Assembly: GCA_964428905.1 (NCBI GenBank) | Contig: CAYSAA010000035.1 | Coordinates: 281 to 64,280, forward strand | DNA: 64,000 nucleotides | Origin: an uncultured Atribacterota bacterium | GTDB taxonomy: Bacteria > Atribacterota > Phoenicimicrobiia > Phoenicimicrobiales > Stramentimicrobiaceae | Direction of reading: 5' to 3' | Shown here: in pieces, positions 47,061-55,830 of the stretch | Layout of the letters: each line of letters begins with the position of its first letter | Numbering within the stretch: position 1 is the first letter of the stretch | The notes under the pieces: model-generated | The model's input: the letters and a program-made list of their open reading frames with translations, nothing else | The model's database searches: none | Told to the model about the DNA's origin: nothing | Translations under genes and position numbers: made by a program

Positions 47061-47345
47061 TTATTGTCTTTCTACAACCATTCCCTCTTCTAATTTGGTA
47101 ACACAGGTTCGGACATTGGGGATACCGTTTACTTTCATTAAACAGGAAGAGCACTTCCCGATGGCACAGAAGAAACCGCGGGGGCGTTTCAATTTTATAC
47201 TGTAGCTTAAAACTTTAATATCGGCTGCCACCAAGGCTGCCGCGATAGGTTCATCACAATAACCTTCCAACTTCTTTCCCTGGAATGTAAAGCTAACCTT
47301 TTCCCCGTGCTGAAATTGCAGGATAGGATGTTCTTGTATTCTCAT
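47061..47345 (-). CDS. [2Fe-2S]-binding small protein (HcnA / SoxA N-terminal-domain-like)
   Basis: 94 aa. RPRGFFCAIGKCSSCLMKVNGIPNVRTC matches the HcnA-type Cys cluster. Confidence 0.75.
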   Translation of the reverse strand: MRIQEHPILQFQHGEKVSFTFQGKKLEGYCDEPIAAALVAADIKVLSYSIKLKRPRGFFCAIGKCSSCLMKVNGIPNVRTCVTKLEEGMVVERQ

Positions 47346-47510
47346 AAGATTATGCTCCTCTAGGTAAAAATTTATTCAGCAGTTTCTTAATGTACTCTCT
47401 CTATATTGAGAATAGCATTCTATTAACAGTTATACAAGTAAATATCGCATCCGCATAGCGGGTGGTTTTTTTAAGCATTACCACCTTCAAAGAAGGGGGT
47501 TTTTATAGGT

Positions 47511-47560
47511 AAATAAAAAACAGAGAAATAATATAAAGAAATTTATTTCTCTGTTTTTTA
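47511..47560 (-). terminator. Rho-independent (bidirectional) terminator downstream of ftsZ
   Basis: 11-bp perfect stem (CAGAGAAATAA at 47521-47531 pairing with TTATTTCTCTG at 47543-47553), flanked by an A-run and a T-run. Confidence 0.8.
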
Positions 47561-47697
47561 TTTTATTACTGGAAAATAGATTGATAAAACAATCATTTCT
47601 TAGTACAATTTGTGCAATGACTTTGCTATATTTCCACACTGCGAAAGTTTTCCCTTCTAGCAATTTTATCTTCACTAGCAAAAGCTAGCATCCTAAA

Positions 47698-48828
47698 TTA
47701 TCTATTTTTACGTAGGAAAGTCGGAATTTCTAAATCTTCATAACGAACATTATCCTTTGGCATTTCTTCGCTTATTTCTTTATTAGCTGTCTCATTATCA
47801 GCTGCTACTTTTTCTTTCTTTTCTCCAACAGGCTCGACTACACTTTCTCTAAATTGTTCTTTTTCATCTGATGAGAACATATCAAAGCCGGTTGCAATCA
47901 CTGTAACACGAATATCTTCACCAAGAGACTCGTTAATCACTGCTCCAAATATGATATTTGCATCTGCATTTGCGGCTTCTTGAATAATTTCAGCAGCTTG
48001 GTTGACTTCAAAAAGAGTCATATTTTTTCCACCTGAAATATTAAATAATATTCCTTTTGCATCAGTAATTTTAGTCCCCAACAAAGAACTATTCACAGCA
48101 TTGTAAGCAGCTTCGCTGGCACGATTTTCGCCATTAGCCCTGCCTATCCCCATAATAGCGGTCCCGGCATTTTCCATAATCATCTTGACATCGGCAAAGT
48201 CAACATTGATTAGACCTGGTTCAACAACAATTTCTGAAATTCCCTGAATTCCATGAAGCAACAATTCGTCTGCTATTTTAAAAGCCTCTAAAACTGGGGT
48301 ATTCTCTGCAATAATTTGCAGTAGTCGATCATTGGGGATTACGATTAGGGTATCTACGTATTCCTTAAGCAATTTAATGCCCTCTTCTGCTTGTTTCTTT
48401 CTTTTTATTCCTTCAAAAGTAAAAGGTGTGGTAACCACACCAACTGTTAAGGCACCTAATTCTTTGGATACCTGAGCAATAACCGGACTTCCACCAGTAC
48501 CCGTTCCTCCGCCCATTCCTGCTGTAATAAAAACCATATCTGAACCTTCTAATGCCTTAGCAATTTTATCCTTATCTTCTTCAGCCGCTCTTTTACCAAT
48601 ATCAGGATTGGATCCACTACCTAAACCCATAGTAATTCTGCTGCCTATCTGAATTTTTTGCTCAGCATTGGAAAGAGCCAGCACTTGAGCATCAGTATTG
48701 GCAGAAATATATTTCACACCATTAATGCTTTCTTCAATCATTCTATTAACCGCATTACCTCCGCCTCCTCCAACTCCAATTACTTTAATATCAGCAAATG
48801 ACCCAGGTCTTTCTGGGATATTATTCAT
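47698..48828 (-). CDS. ftsZ: Cell-division GTPase FtsZ
   Basis: [13 protein letters not shown] and GGGTGTG motifs. The true start is the ATG at 48828 (GGGAGGG 6 nt upstream). The track start at 48846 is a TTG lying inside that Shine-Dalgarno sequence. Confidence 0.95.
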   Translation of the reverse strand: MNNIPERPGSFADIKVIGVGGGGGNAVNRMIEESINGVKYISANTDAQVLALSNAEQKIQIGSRITMGLGSGSNPDIGKRAAEEDKDKIAKALEGSDMVFITAGMGGGTGTGGSPVIAQVSKELGALTVGVVTTPFTFEGIKRKKQAEEGIKLLKEYVDTLIVIPNDRLLQIIAENTPVLEAFKIADELLLHGIQGISEIVVEPGLINVDFADVKMIMENAGTAIMGIGRANGENRASEAAYNAVNSSLLGTKITDAKGILFNISGGKNMTLFEVNQAAEIIQEAANADANIIFGAVINESLGEDIRVTVIATGFDMFSSDEKEQFRESVVEPVGEKKEKVAADNETANKEISEEMPKDNVRYEDLEIPTFLRKNR

Positions 48829-48869
48829 AATTAACCCTCCCTTCAAATCTTAGTAATAAATTTATAATT

Positions 48870-50102
48870 TTAAAAAAAGTCTCTTAACCAATTCGTTAGT
48901 TTGGCAAAGATTGCTGTGCTTTTTTTTCTGTTCGCTCTATTTGAACCTGCTATTTTTTCCTGTTCAATGGCAAAATCAAGCAAACCCATAACAGTAGAAA
49001 ATCTTGGGTCATTAATCAAGTCTCCCAATTCGCCTTGATAATCTGGTTTACCCAAACGAATATTTGTACCAAATACCTTTCCAGCTAAATCTGTAATGCC
49101 GGGCAGAAGCGCAGACCCTCCTGTTAATACCACACCCTGTGTAATCACATGAAAATAGTTTGATCTTTCCAGTTCTTCTTTTATTAAGCTAAAAACCTCC
49201 TGCACTCTTGGTTCAATAATATCAACCAGATATTTTTTTGCTATTTTCTCTTTCTCCTTACCATTGACTTTGGCAACTTCCACTACATCCTCAGGAGAAA
49301 TATAATTTCCCATTACATTGCCATATTTTAGCTTTAATTTCTCTGATTCTTCAATAGAAGTTTTGAGGCCAATAGCTAAATCATTCGTAATTTGTATTCC
49401 ACCTAAAGGTAATATGGAAGAATATGCGATGTTATCATTCATAAAAACAGAAATATCAGATGAACCTGCTCCCATATCAACCAGAAGAACCCCCAACTCT
49501 TTTTCAGTTTTATTTAGTATGGCATTTCCAGAAGCAAGATTACCAAAGATTAACTCATCTACTTCTAATTCAGCCATCTCCATACATTTTAACAAATTTT
49601 GAACAGCAGTAATGGAACCTGTTACAATATGAACTTTTCCTTCCAATCTCGAACCAGTCATACCTACAGGATCTACAATACCTTTCTGACCATCTAAAAT
49701 AAATTCCCTAGGTAGAACATGAATCAACTCCCTTTCCGGTGAAACTACACCGGCTTTAGCAGCTTCAATTACTTTTTCAATGTCCTCCTCTCCTATCTCT
49801 GAACTATCTTTGGGCACTGCAATAACTCCCTGACTATTAAAAGAAGAAAGATGACTCCCATTGACTGCCACAACTGCAGAATCCATTTTCACACCGGCCA
49901 TTCGCTCTGCATTACTCATCGATTCTCTAACAACTTCGGCAGCTTGATCTAAATCAACAATAACCCCTCTCCTGATACCCTTAGATGGAACAGCTCCCAC
50001 TCCCACTATTTCAACATGATCATCTTCTCCTACTTCTGCAATCAGTGTATTGGTCTTACTTGTTCCAATATCTATTCCTGCTATTAGAATCTCACCTCTC
50101 AT
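48870..50102 (-). CDS. ftsA: Cell-division protein FtsA
   Basis: Actin-fold motif GIDIGTSK. The ATG at 50102 is preceded by GGAGGG at 5 nt; the track ORF carries a 10-codon upstream extension. Confidence 0.93.
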   Translation of the reverse strand: MRGEILIAGIDIGTSKTNTLIAEVGEDDHVEIVGVGAVPSKGIRRGVIVDLDQAAEVVRESMSNAERMAGVKMDSAVVAVNGSHLSSFNSQGVIAVPKDSSEIGEEDIEKVIEAAKAGVVSPERELIHVLPREFILDGQKGIVDPVGMTGSRLEGKVHIVTGSITAVQNLLKCMEMAELEVDELIFGNLASGNAILNKTEKELGVLLVDMGAGSSDISVFMNDNIAYSSILPLGGIQITNDLAIGLKTSIEESEKLKLKYGNVMGNYISPEDVVEVAKVNGKEKEKIAKKYLVDIIEPRVQEVFSLIKEELERSNYFHVITQGVVLTGGSALLPGITDLAGKVFGTNIRLGKPDYQGELGDLINDPRFSTVMGLLDFAIEQEKIAGSNRANRKKSTAIFAKLTNWLRDFF

Positions 50103-50297
50103 ATACGCCCTCCTATATGCTAAACAATGCAATTTCCGAGCTAGTCAAAGGAGAAAACTCCCCTGAAACCCTTCAAGTTATTTTTTTCTTCTACATTTTT
50201 TAAGGTACCTATTTTAAATATTTGTTAGATTCATACTCTTATTTGTTAAGAATTTATTTTATAGCCAGGTATTTTTTGAAATCCTGATGCTAAAAAA

Positions 50298-51089
50298 CTA
50301 TTCTTTAAGTATAATTGATAACCTCTCATTATACTTCATATTGATTTCCTGGAGCTGCATCTCTTCCTGAGCAACCTTTTGTAAGGCTTTTTCCAGCAAA
50401 TACCATTCATCAATCAGCTGGTCTCCATTTTCGATTCTAACTTCAATTTGGTTCTCTTTATGAAATAAAAGGTATTCTTCGTTGGAAATTACCTTTATTT
50501 TATAAAATTGATCCGGGAAAATATTTTCTAATGCATAAATTATTCTTGGTATATTTTGATATTCCTGGCTATCAATTGTTTCTCCTGGATTTTTTTTCCC
50601 AATAGCCAATCCCGTAATGATATATAAACCAAACTCATTATCTGACTCCTGTGATATTGATAAAATAATTCCCTCTTCGCTAATCAGATAAAAGTGATTC
50701 TCACAAAAGATCAGCACACCAGGTTGACGTTCCACAACTTGAATATTCAACTGATTGGGAAATATTTTTTTTATGGAAACATCTGCTATCCAAGGATTAT
50801 TTAAAAGGTTCGCATTGGTTTTTTCAATATTAAAATGAAATAAATTGATATAAAACTGAATTCCCCCCTGGGTTATAATGGTTTCATTGCTGAGATAATT
50901 ATTTCCATTAATATTGACCTTTTTAACCTCAAACCACTGGGACGTAAAAATAAAATAGAAAAAATTCCATCCTAAAAAAGCTATAATGCTATAGTAAAAA
51001 AATACTTTGGTCAGATTAAATTTTCTAGTACTTTCCTCGTTCTTCTCGGAAAGAACCTCTTCATTATCCTCTGAATTCTGATAATTAAT
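50298..51089 (-). CDS. ftsQ: Cell-division protein FtsQ/DivIB (TM + POTRA); start codon non-canonical or uncertain
   Basis: The track ORF (50298-50750) starts at an internal TTG. The reading frame is open upstream to 51107. It encodes the expected TM helix (VFFYYSIIAFLGWNFFYFIFTS) and POTRA start (FEVKKVNINGNNYLSNETII), with no ATG/GTG/TTG. An ATT at 51089 lies 9 nt after AAGAGGA. Confidence 0.7.
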   Translation of the reverse strand: MNYQNSEDNEEVLSEKNEESTRKFNLTKVFFYYSIIAFLGWNFFYFIFTSQWFEVKKVNINGNNYLSNETIITQGGIQFYINLFHFNIEKTNANLLNNPWIADVSIKKIFPNQLNIQVVERQPGVLIFCENHFYLISEEGIILSISQESDNEFGLYIITGLAIGKKNPGETIDSQEYQNIPRIIYALENIFPDQFYKIKVISNEEYLLFHKENQIEVRIENGDQLIDEWYLLEKALQKVAQEEMQLQEINMKYNERLSIILKE

Positions 51090-51131
51090 AAAGCCAATTC
51101 CTCTTATCTAATTATAATATCTGTCTTTATC

Positions 51132-52043
51132 TTAACCGATGATACTTATTTCTCTCTCCAGTGCGATGCCGAAGTTTTTTTCAACTCTTTTTTTAACTTC
51201 TTCCATTAATCCTAAAATATCTTTAGAAGTTGCCTTCCCCCGATTAATAATAAAATTTGCATGTTTCTCAGAAATCTGAGCATCTCCTATCATTAACCCC
51301 TTTGCGCCGGATTTCTCTATCAGGTAACCAGCCGGTTTCATTTTCGGATTTTTAAATATGCATCCGGCAGTAAGATGCTCTATAGGCTGACTTGCTTCTC
51401 TTTGATGATAGAATTTCTTTATTTTAGAAATAATCCTGTTTTTATCCTCTTTAACCAGATCTAAATATACATCTAAAATGATGAATTTTTTTATATCTAA
51501 ATCAATGCCCCTGTAAATAAAAGCAAATTGATCTTTATCAAGTTCTTTCAGATTACCATTATAATCAAATATAGAAATTTTCTTAACAATGCTGGCTATG
51601 GATTCAGTTCCAAAGCTGGCATTGTTCATGATGGCACCACCCAGTGTTCCCGGTATATGGGAGGCAAATTCAAGTCCGCTTAGTTCTTTTTCCACCATTT
51701 TTCTTACTAAGGCTGGAAGGAGGATTCCAGCACCTACTTTTATCATTTTATCAGAATATTCAATTTTGTCGAGTGTTCCGGAAATTTTTACCACTAAACC
51801 TCGGATACCTTTATCTGAGACCAAAATATTGGAACCGTTACCGATAATATGAATCGGCAAATCATGTTCTAAGCCAAACAATAGTACATTTATCAGTTTT
51901 TCTTGATCAGCGGGAATACAAAAAAAATCGGCAATACCACCGATCTTCCATGATGTATGAAATTTCATTAACTCATCAATCTTTATCTCTTTTGCTAAAC
52001 CGCACTTTTCAATCTCTTTACAAATCAGTTTCTTATTGAACAT
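51132..52043 (-). CDS. murB: UDP-N-acetylenolpyruvoylglucosamine reductase
   Basis: 303 aa. FAD-binding domain plus the MurB C-terminal domain (SAGCIFKNP-type motif TAGCIFKNP). Confidence 0.92.
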   Translation of the reverse strand: MFNKKLICKEIEKCGLAKEIKIDELMKFHTSWKIGGIADFFCIPADQEKLINVLLFGLEHDLPIHIIGNGSNILVSDKGIRGLVVKISGTLDKIEYSDKMIKVGAGILLPALVRKMVEKELSGLEFASHIPGTLGGAIMNNASFGTESIASIVKKISIFDYNGNLKELDKDQFAFIYRGIDLDIKKFIILDVYLDLVKEDKNRIISKIKKFYHQREASQPIEHLTAGCIFKNPKMKPAGYLIEKSGAKGLMIGDAQISEKHANFIINRGKATSKDILGLMEEVKKRVEKNFGIALEREISIIG

Positions 52044-53476
52044 TAATTTCCTATACCAGCTTTTATTTCAATACTTTTTAATTCTTTTGCCAGCTCCTTC
52101 CCGACCTTCCATACATCTCCTGCTCCCATCGTTATCACGATATCACCTGGAGTAATCATATCCATTAAAAAAGGAACGGTCTCTTTCTTTCCCGGAACAT
52201 AATAAACATTTCCCTTTTTGTGTTCTTTGACCCTCTGATAGACTAGTTCTGAAGAAATATAAGGAATAGGCTTTTCGCTGGCAGGATATATGTCGTTAAT
52301 AATAATAATATCAGAATCCCGGAAAGCAGTTCCAAATTGTTCCAGCAATAGTTTAGTTCTACTGTAACGATGTGGTTGGAATACAGTAATCATTCTACGT
52401 TTCGGCCATCCCAGTCGAATCGCCTCTAAGGTAGCCTTTATCTCTGAAGGATGATGCCCGTAATCATCCATGATCATTAGGGTATCATTAAAATTGGCAA
52501 TAAGCTCCTGCCTGCGCTTCACACCCTTAAAATAAAACAATATCTCTTTAACATCTTCGAATTTGATCCCTAACTCCATAGCAGTAGAAATGGCAGCAAG
52601 GGCATTGGAAATATTATGATATCCGGGAATATTAAGATTCAAAGATCCCAATTTCTGTTTTTTATAATATATATCAGAAATGGAAGTATTTTTTGACAGA
52701 TAGGGATTCATAGCCCTCATTTGAGCATACTGATGAAATCCATAGGACATAACGTGTTTTTTAAAAGCCTCTTTTTTCATAAGCTGTCTGGTATTGGGAC
52801 AGTCACAACCAAAGATAACACACCCGTCACTGGGTACTTTGTTCATAAATTGTCTAAAACTTTCTATGGTTTTCCCAATATGGGTAAAATAATCCAGGTG
52901 ATCATTCTCAATATTAGTTACAATCGCCAGATTAGGGTTGAGTAATAAAAACGAACCATCACTTTCATCGGCTTCAACTACCACATAATCTCCTTTTCCC
53001 AACTTGGCATTCCCTCCAATGTCATTGACCTCTCCGCCAATAGCAATGGTAGGGTCCAGACTCATTCTTTCCAGAATCAGACTTATCATAGAGGTAGTTG
53101 TAGTCTTACCATGAGTTCCAGACACTGCAATCCGATGACTCTGTTGCATGATACGAGAAAGCATTTCAGCCCGGGGAATAATTTCAATATTATTTTCCCT
53201 GGCCGCGATAACTTCTTTATTTTCATTATTAATTGCTGAGGAAATAACTACTAAATTTGCTCCTGAGATATTGCTACTATGGTGACCCTTAAAAATCATT
53301 GCCCCTTTATCTACCAGTCTTCTGGTAATGATCGTACTCTGTAAATCAGAACCGCTAATTTTATATCCTAAATCTAATAATATTGATGCAATCCCACTCA
53401 TCCCTGCTCCACCAATTCCTATAAAATGAACACGCTTTTCCTGGTTATTCATAAATGAACCTTTCTGGTTTTTCAT
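52043..53476 (-). CDS. murC: UDP-N-acetylmuramate--L-alanine ligase
   Basis: HFIGIGGAGMSGIA and GTHGKTTTTSM motifs. The start may be the ATG at 53452. Confidence 0.93.
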   Translation of the reverse strand: MKNQKGSFMNNQEKRVHFIGIGGAGMSGIASILLDLGYKISGSDLQSTIITRRLVDKGAMIFKGHHSSNISGANLVVISSAINNENKEVIAARENNIEIIPRAEMLSRIMQQSHRIAVSGTHGKTTTTSMISLILERMSLDPTIAIGGEVNDIGGNAKLGKGDYVVVEADESDGSFLLLNPNLAIVTNIENDHLDYFTHIGKTIESFRQFMNKVPSDGCVIFGCDCPNTRQLMKKEAFKKHVMSYGFHQYAQMRAMNPYLSKNTSISDIYYKKQKLGSLNLNIPGYHNISNALAAISTAMELGIKFEDVKEILFYFKGVKRRQELIANFNDTLMIMDDYGHHPSEIKATLEAIRLGWPKRRMITVFQPHRYSRTKLLLEQFGTAFRDSDIIIINDIYPASEKPIPYISSELVYQRVKEHKKGNVYYVPGKKETVPFLMDMITPGDIVITMGAGDVWKVGKELAKELKSIEIKAGIGN

Positions 53477-53549
53477 AAGGCAAATATTATTTCTCCTAAT
53501 AGTTTACCTTATTTTATTCTTTATTCAAATAGATTATCCATAAGTTTTT

Positions 53550-54659
53550 TTATTTTTTTATATTATGATAAATTGCATCGATTATTTCCTCGGCAGCCTT
53601 CCGATTACCAATGCTTCTACTGTTTTGGGCAAGCATATTTAGCTTCCCTTTATTGTCCAATAATTGTAATAGTTCAGAAGCCAGCTTTTTATCAGACAGT
53701 TCATTCTCAGGGATCACAATAGCAGCATGCTTACTTTGCAGGAAACGGGCATTATAAAGTTGATGGTCTCGTGTCGCATAAGGGTATGGTATCAAAATTG
53801 CCGGCAGACCTTTCACTGTAAGTTCTGCTACCGTCGTTGCACCCGCCCTGCAAACAACCAAATTGGCAAGGTCATAAGCATCTTCTATCTGGTGTAAATA
53901 CGATAAAGTGTGAATATTTTCTTTATATTTATAATGATCTATTTTTTCTTTCACCATAATGTAATCATCTTTCCCGCTAATTATCAAAACCTGCCATTTA
54001 TTCCAAACTGATTCATCAATTAAGTTTAAACAATCTAAAAAGGTATGATTGATAGCGCTCGCCCCTTTACTTCCTCCAAAAACCAATATTGTTTTTTTGT
54101 CACCAGAAAGTTTGGCTATTCTACTAATTAACTCCTTTTTGTCACCCTGCCAGATATTTTCCCTGACCGGATTGCCCAGGTAAACTGTTTTATGCTTACC
54201 CCAAAAGTATTTTTTAGATTCGGGAAAACTAATAAAAACTATCCTGCTGGTTAAAGATAAAATTTGATTGGTTATTCCCGGTATAGCATTCTGTTCATGA
54301 ATGAAAGTAGGAATACCCATTATTGACGAAATCAAAGCAACCGAGCCACTAACATAACCACCTGTCCCAATTACCAGATCTGGTTTGATTTTTTTTATTA
54401 ACTTAAACGAGGTAATCAGGGAACCAAAAAACAATAAAATAGCATAAAAACTTTCCAGACATATTTTTCTTCTAATCCCTTTTAAGTTTACAGCATGAAA
54501 TTGAAATCCTTCTCTGGGAACAATTTCTGATTCCATGCCATGATCCGTTCCTACAAATACTATCTCATTATCTTTATCTCTTTTTTGTAATGCCCTGGCC
54601 AGGCTTATTCCCGGGTATATATGCCCCCCTGTTCCTCCTCCGGTCATAATAATCTTCAT
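53550..54659 (-). CDS. murG: Undecaprenyl-PP-MurNAc-pentapeptide GlcNAc transferase
   Basis: 369 aa. GGGTGGHIYP motif. Confidence 0.93.
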   Translation of the reverse strand: MKIIMTGGGTGGHIYPGISLARALQKRDKDNEIVFVGTDHGMESEIVPREGFQFHAVNLKGIRRKICLESFYAILLFFGSLITSFKLIKKIKPDLVIGTGGYVSGSVALISSIMGIPTFIHEQNAIPGITNQILSLTSRIVFISFPESKKYFWGKHKTVYLGNPVRENIWQGDKKELISRIAKLSGDKKTILVFGGSKGASAINHTFLDCLNLIDESVWNKWQVLIISGKDDYIMVKEKIDHYKYKENIHTLSYLHQIEDAYDLANLVVCRAGATTVAELTVKGLPAILIPYPYATRDHQLYNARFLQSKHAAIVIPENELSDKKLASELLQLLDNKGKLNMLAQNSRSIGNRKAAEEIIDAIYHNIKK

Positions 54660-54663
54660 TCCT

Positions 54664-55785
54664 TTATATAACTCTACTTTTATTGATAGAATGTTTAGAA
54701 ATATTTAACAGAATGCCACAACACAACATATTAACTATTAATGATGACCCGCCATAACTGATAAATGGTAAGGTAATTCCAGTTGTAGGAATTAGCTTTG
54801 TTACCACGCTGATATTAATTACAGCCTGAAAGACAATCATTGATGTAATACCTGCAGCTATCAATGAACCAAAAATATCTTGAGCCTTTAAGGAAATCAA
54901 AAATCCTCTCCATAAAAATATGATAAAAAGGCTAATAACTATAAAGGTACCAATAAAGCCTAATTCTTCACCAATAATAGAAAAAATAAAATCAGTATGT
55001 TGGTCGGGAAGATAAAAAAACTTTTGTCTGCTTTCGGCAATCCCCACTCCAGTCAACCCACCACTGCCTAGCGCCAGCAGTGACTGAATAATATGAAATC
55101 CGCTTTTTAATGGATCCTCCCAGGGATTCAAGAAAGAAAGAAGTCTTATGCGCCGATAATCTTCACCTAAAGCCAAAATGATTCCCATCGGTATCAGCAG
55201 GACAATTAAAGAAAATAATTGGGTAATTTTGCTTCCTCCGATAAAAAGCATAATAAAGGAACAGCCCATAAGAACAATAGCTGTGCTAAAATCTGGCTGA
55301 TCAAATACCAGCAGAAAAATGAGAACTGTAATCATAAATATAGGTAAAATACCTCGTATGAAGGTACCTATATCCTTGGCATTTTTCCTGGTTAAACAAT
55401 CCGCAATGTACAAAATAAGGGCAAATTTGGCTAATTCTGAAGGCTGAAGAGACAGGGGACCGATACTAAGCCACCTTCTAGCCCCCCTTACATTCTTTGC
55501 AAAACCCGGAAAATAAAGCATGACTAATAAGAATATTATTATAATTAAAACAGGAATGGCAATTTTTCGCCAAAAATGATAATCAATCCTCATAGCAATA
55601 AAAAAAATAATTACAGCAATAACTGCATAGATAGACTGTCGGCTGAAGAAATAAAAACTGTTACCATACCACTTATAGGCCATAACATAACTGGAACTGA
55701 ATACCATAATTACACCAAAAATAAGCAATAGAAATATGGTAGCCAGCAAGATGTAATCGGCTTGTTTGGTCTGTAATAAATTCAT
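54664..55785 (-). CDS. ftsW: SEDS-family peptidoglycan glycosyltransferase FtsW
   Basis: 373 aa, polytopic. FtsW/RodA signature region PDQHTDFIFS. Its dcw position is consistent with FtsW. Confidence 0.9.
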   Translation of the reverse strand: MNLLQTKQADYILLATIFLLLIFGVIMVFSSSYVMAYKWYGNSFYFFSRQSIYAVIAVIIFFIAMRIDYHFWRKIAIPVLIIIIFLLVMLYFPGFAKNVRGARRWLSIGPLSLQPSELAKFALILYIADCLTRKNAKDIGTFIRGILPIFMITVLIFLLVFDQPDFSTAIVLMGCSFIMLFIGGSKITQLFSLIVLLIPMGIILALGEDYRRIRLLSFLNPWEDPLKSGFHIIQSLLALGSGGLTGVGIAESRQKFFYLPDQHTDFIFSIIGEELGFIGTFIVISLFIIFLWRGFLISLKAQDIFGSLIAAGITSMIVFQAVINISVVTKLIPTTGITLPFISYGGSSLIVNMLCCGILLNISKHSINKSRVI

Positions 55786-55830
55786 GCTATGAATGTTCCT
55801 TTATTTACCCATTACTATGTAATTAATTAC

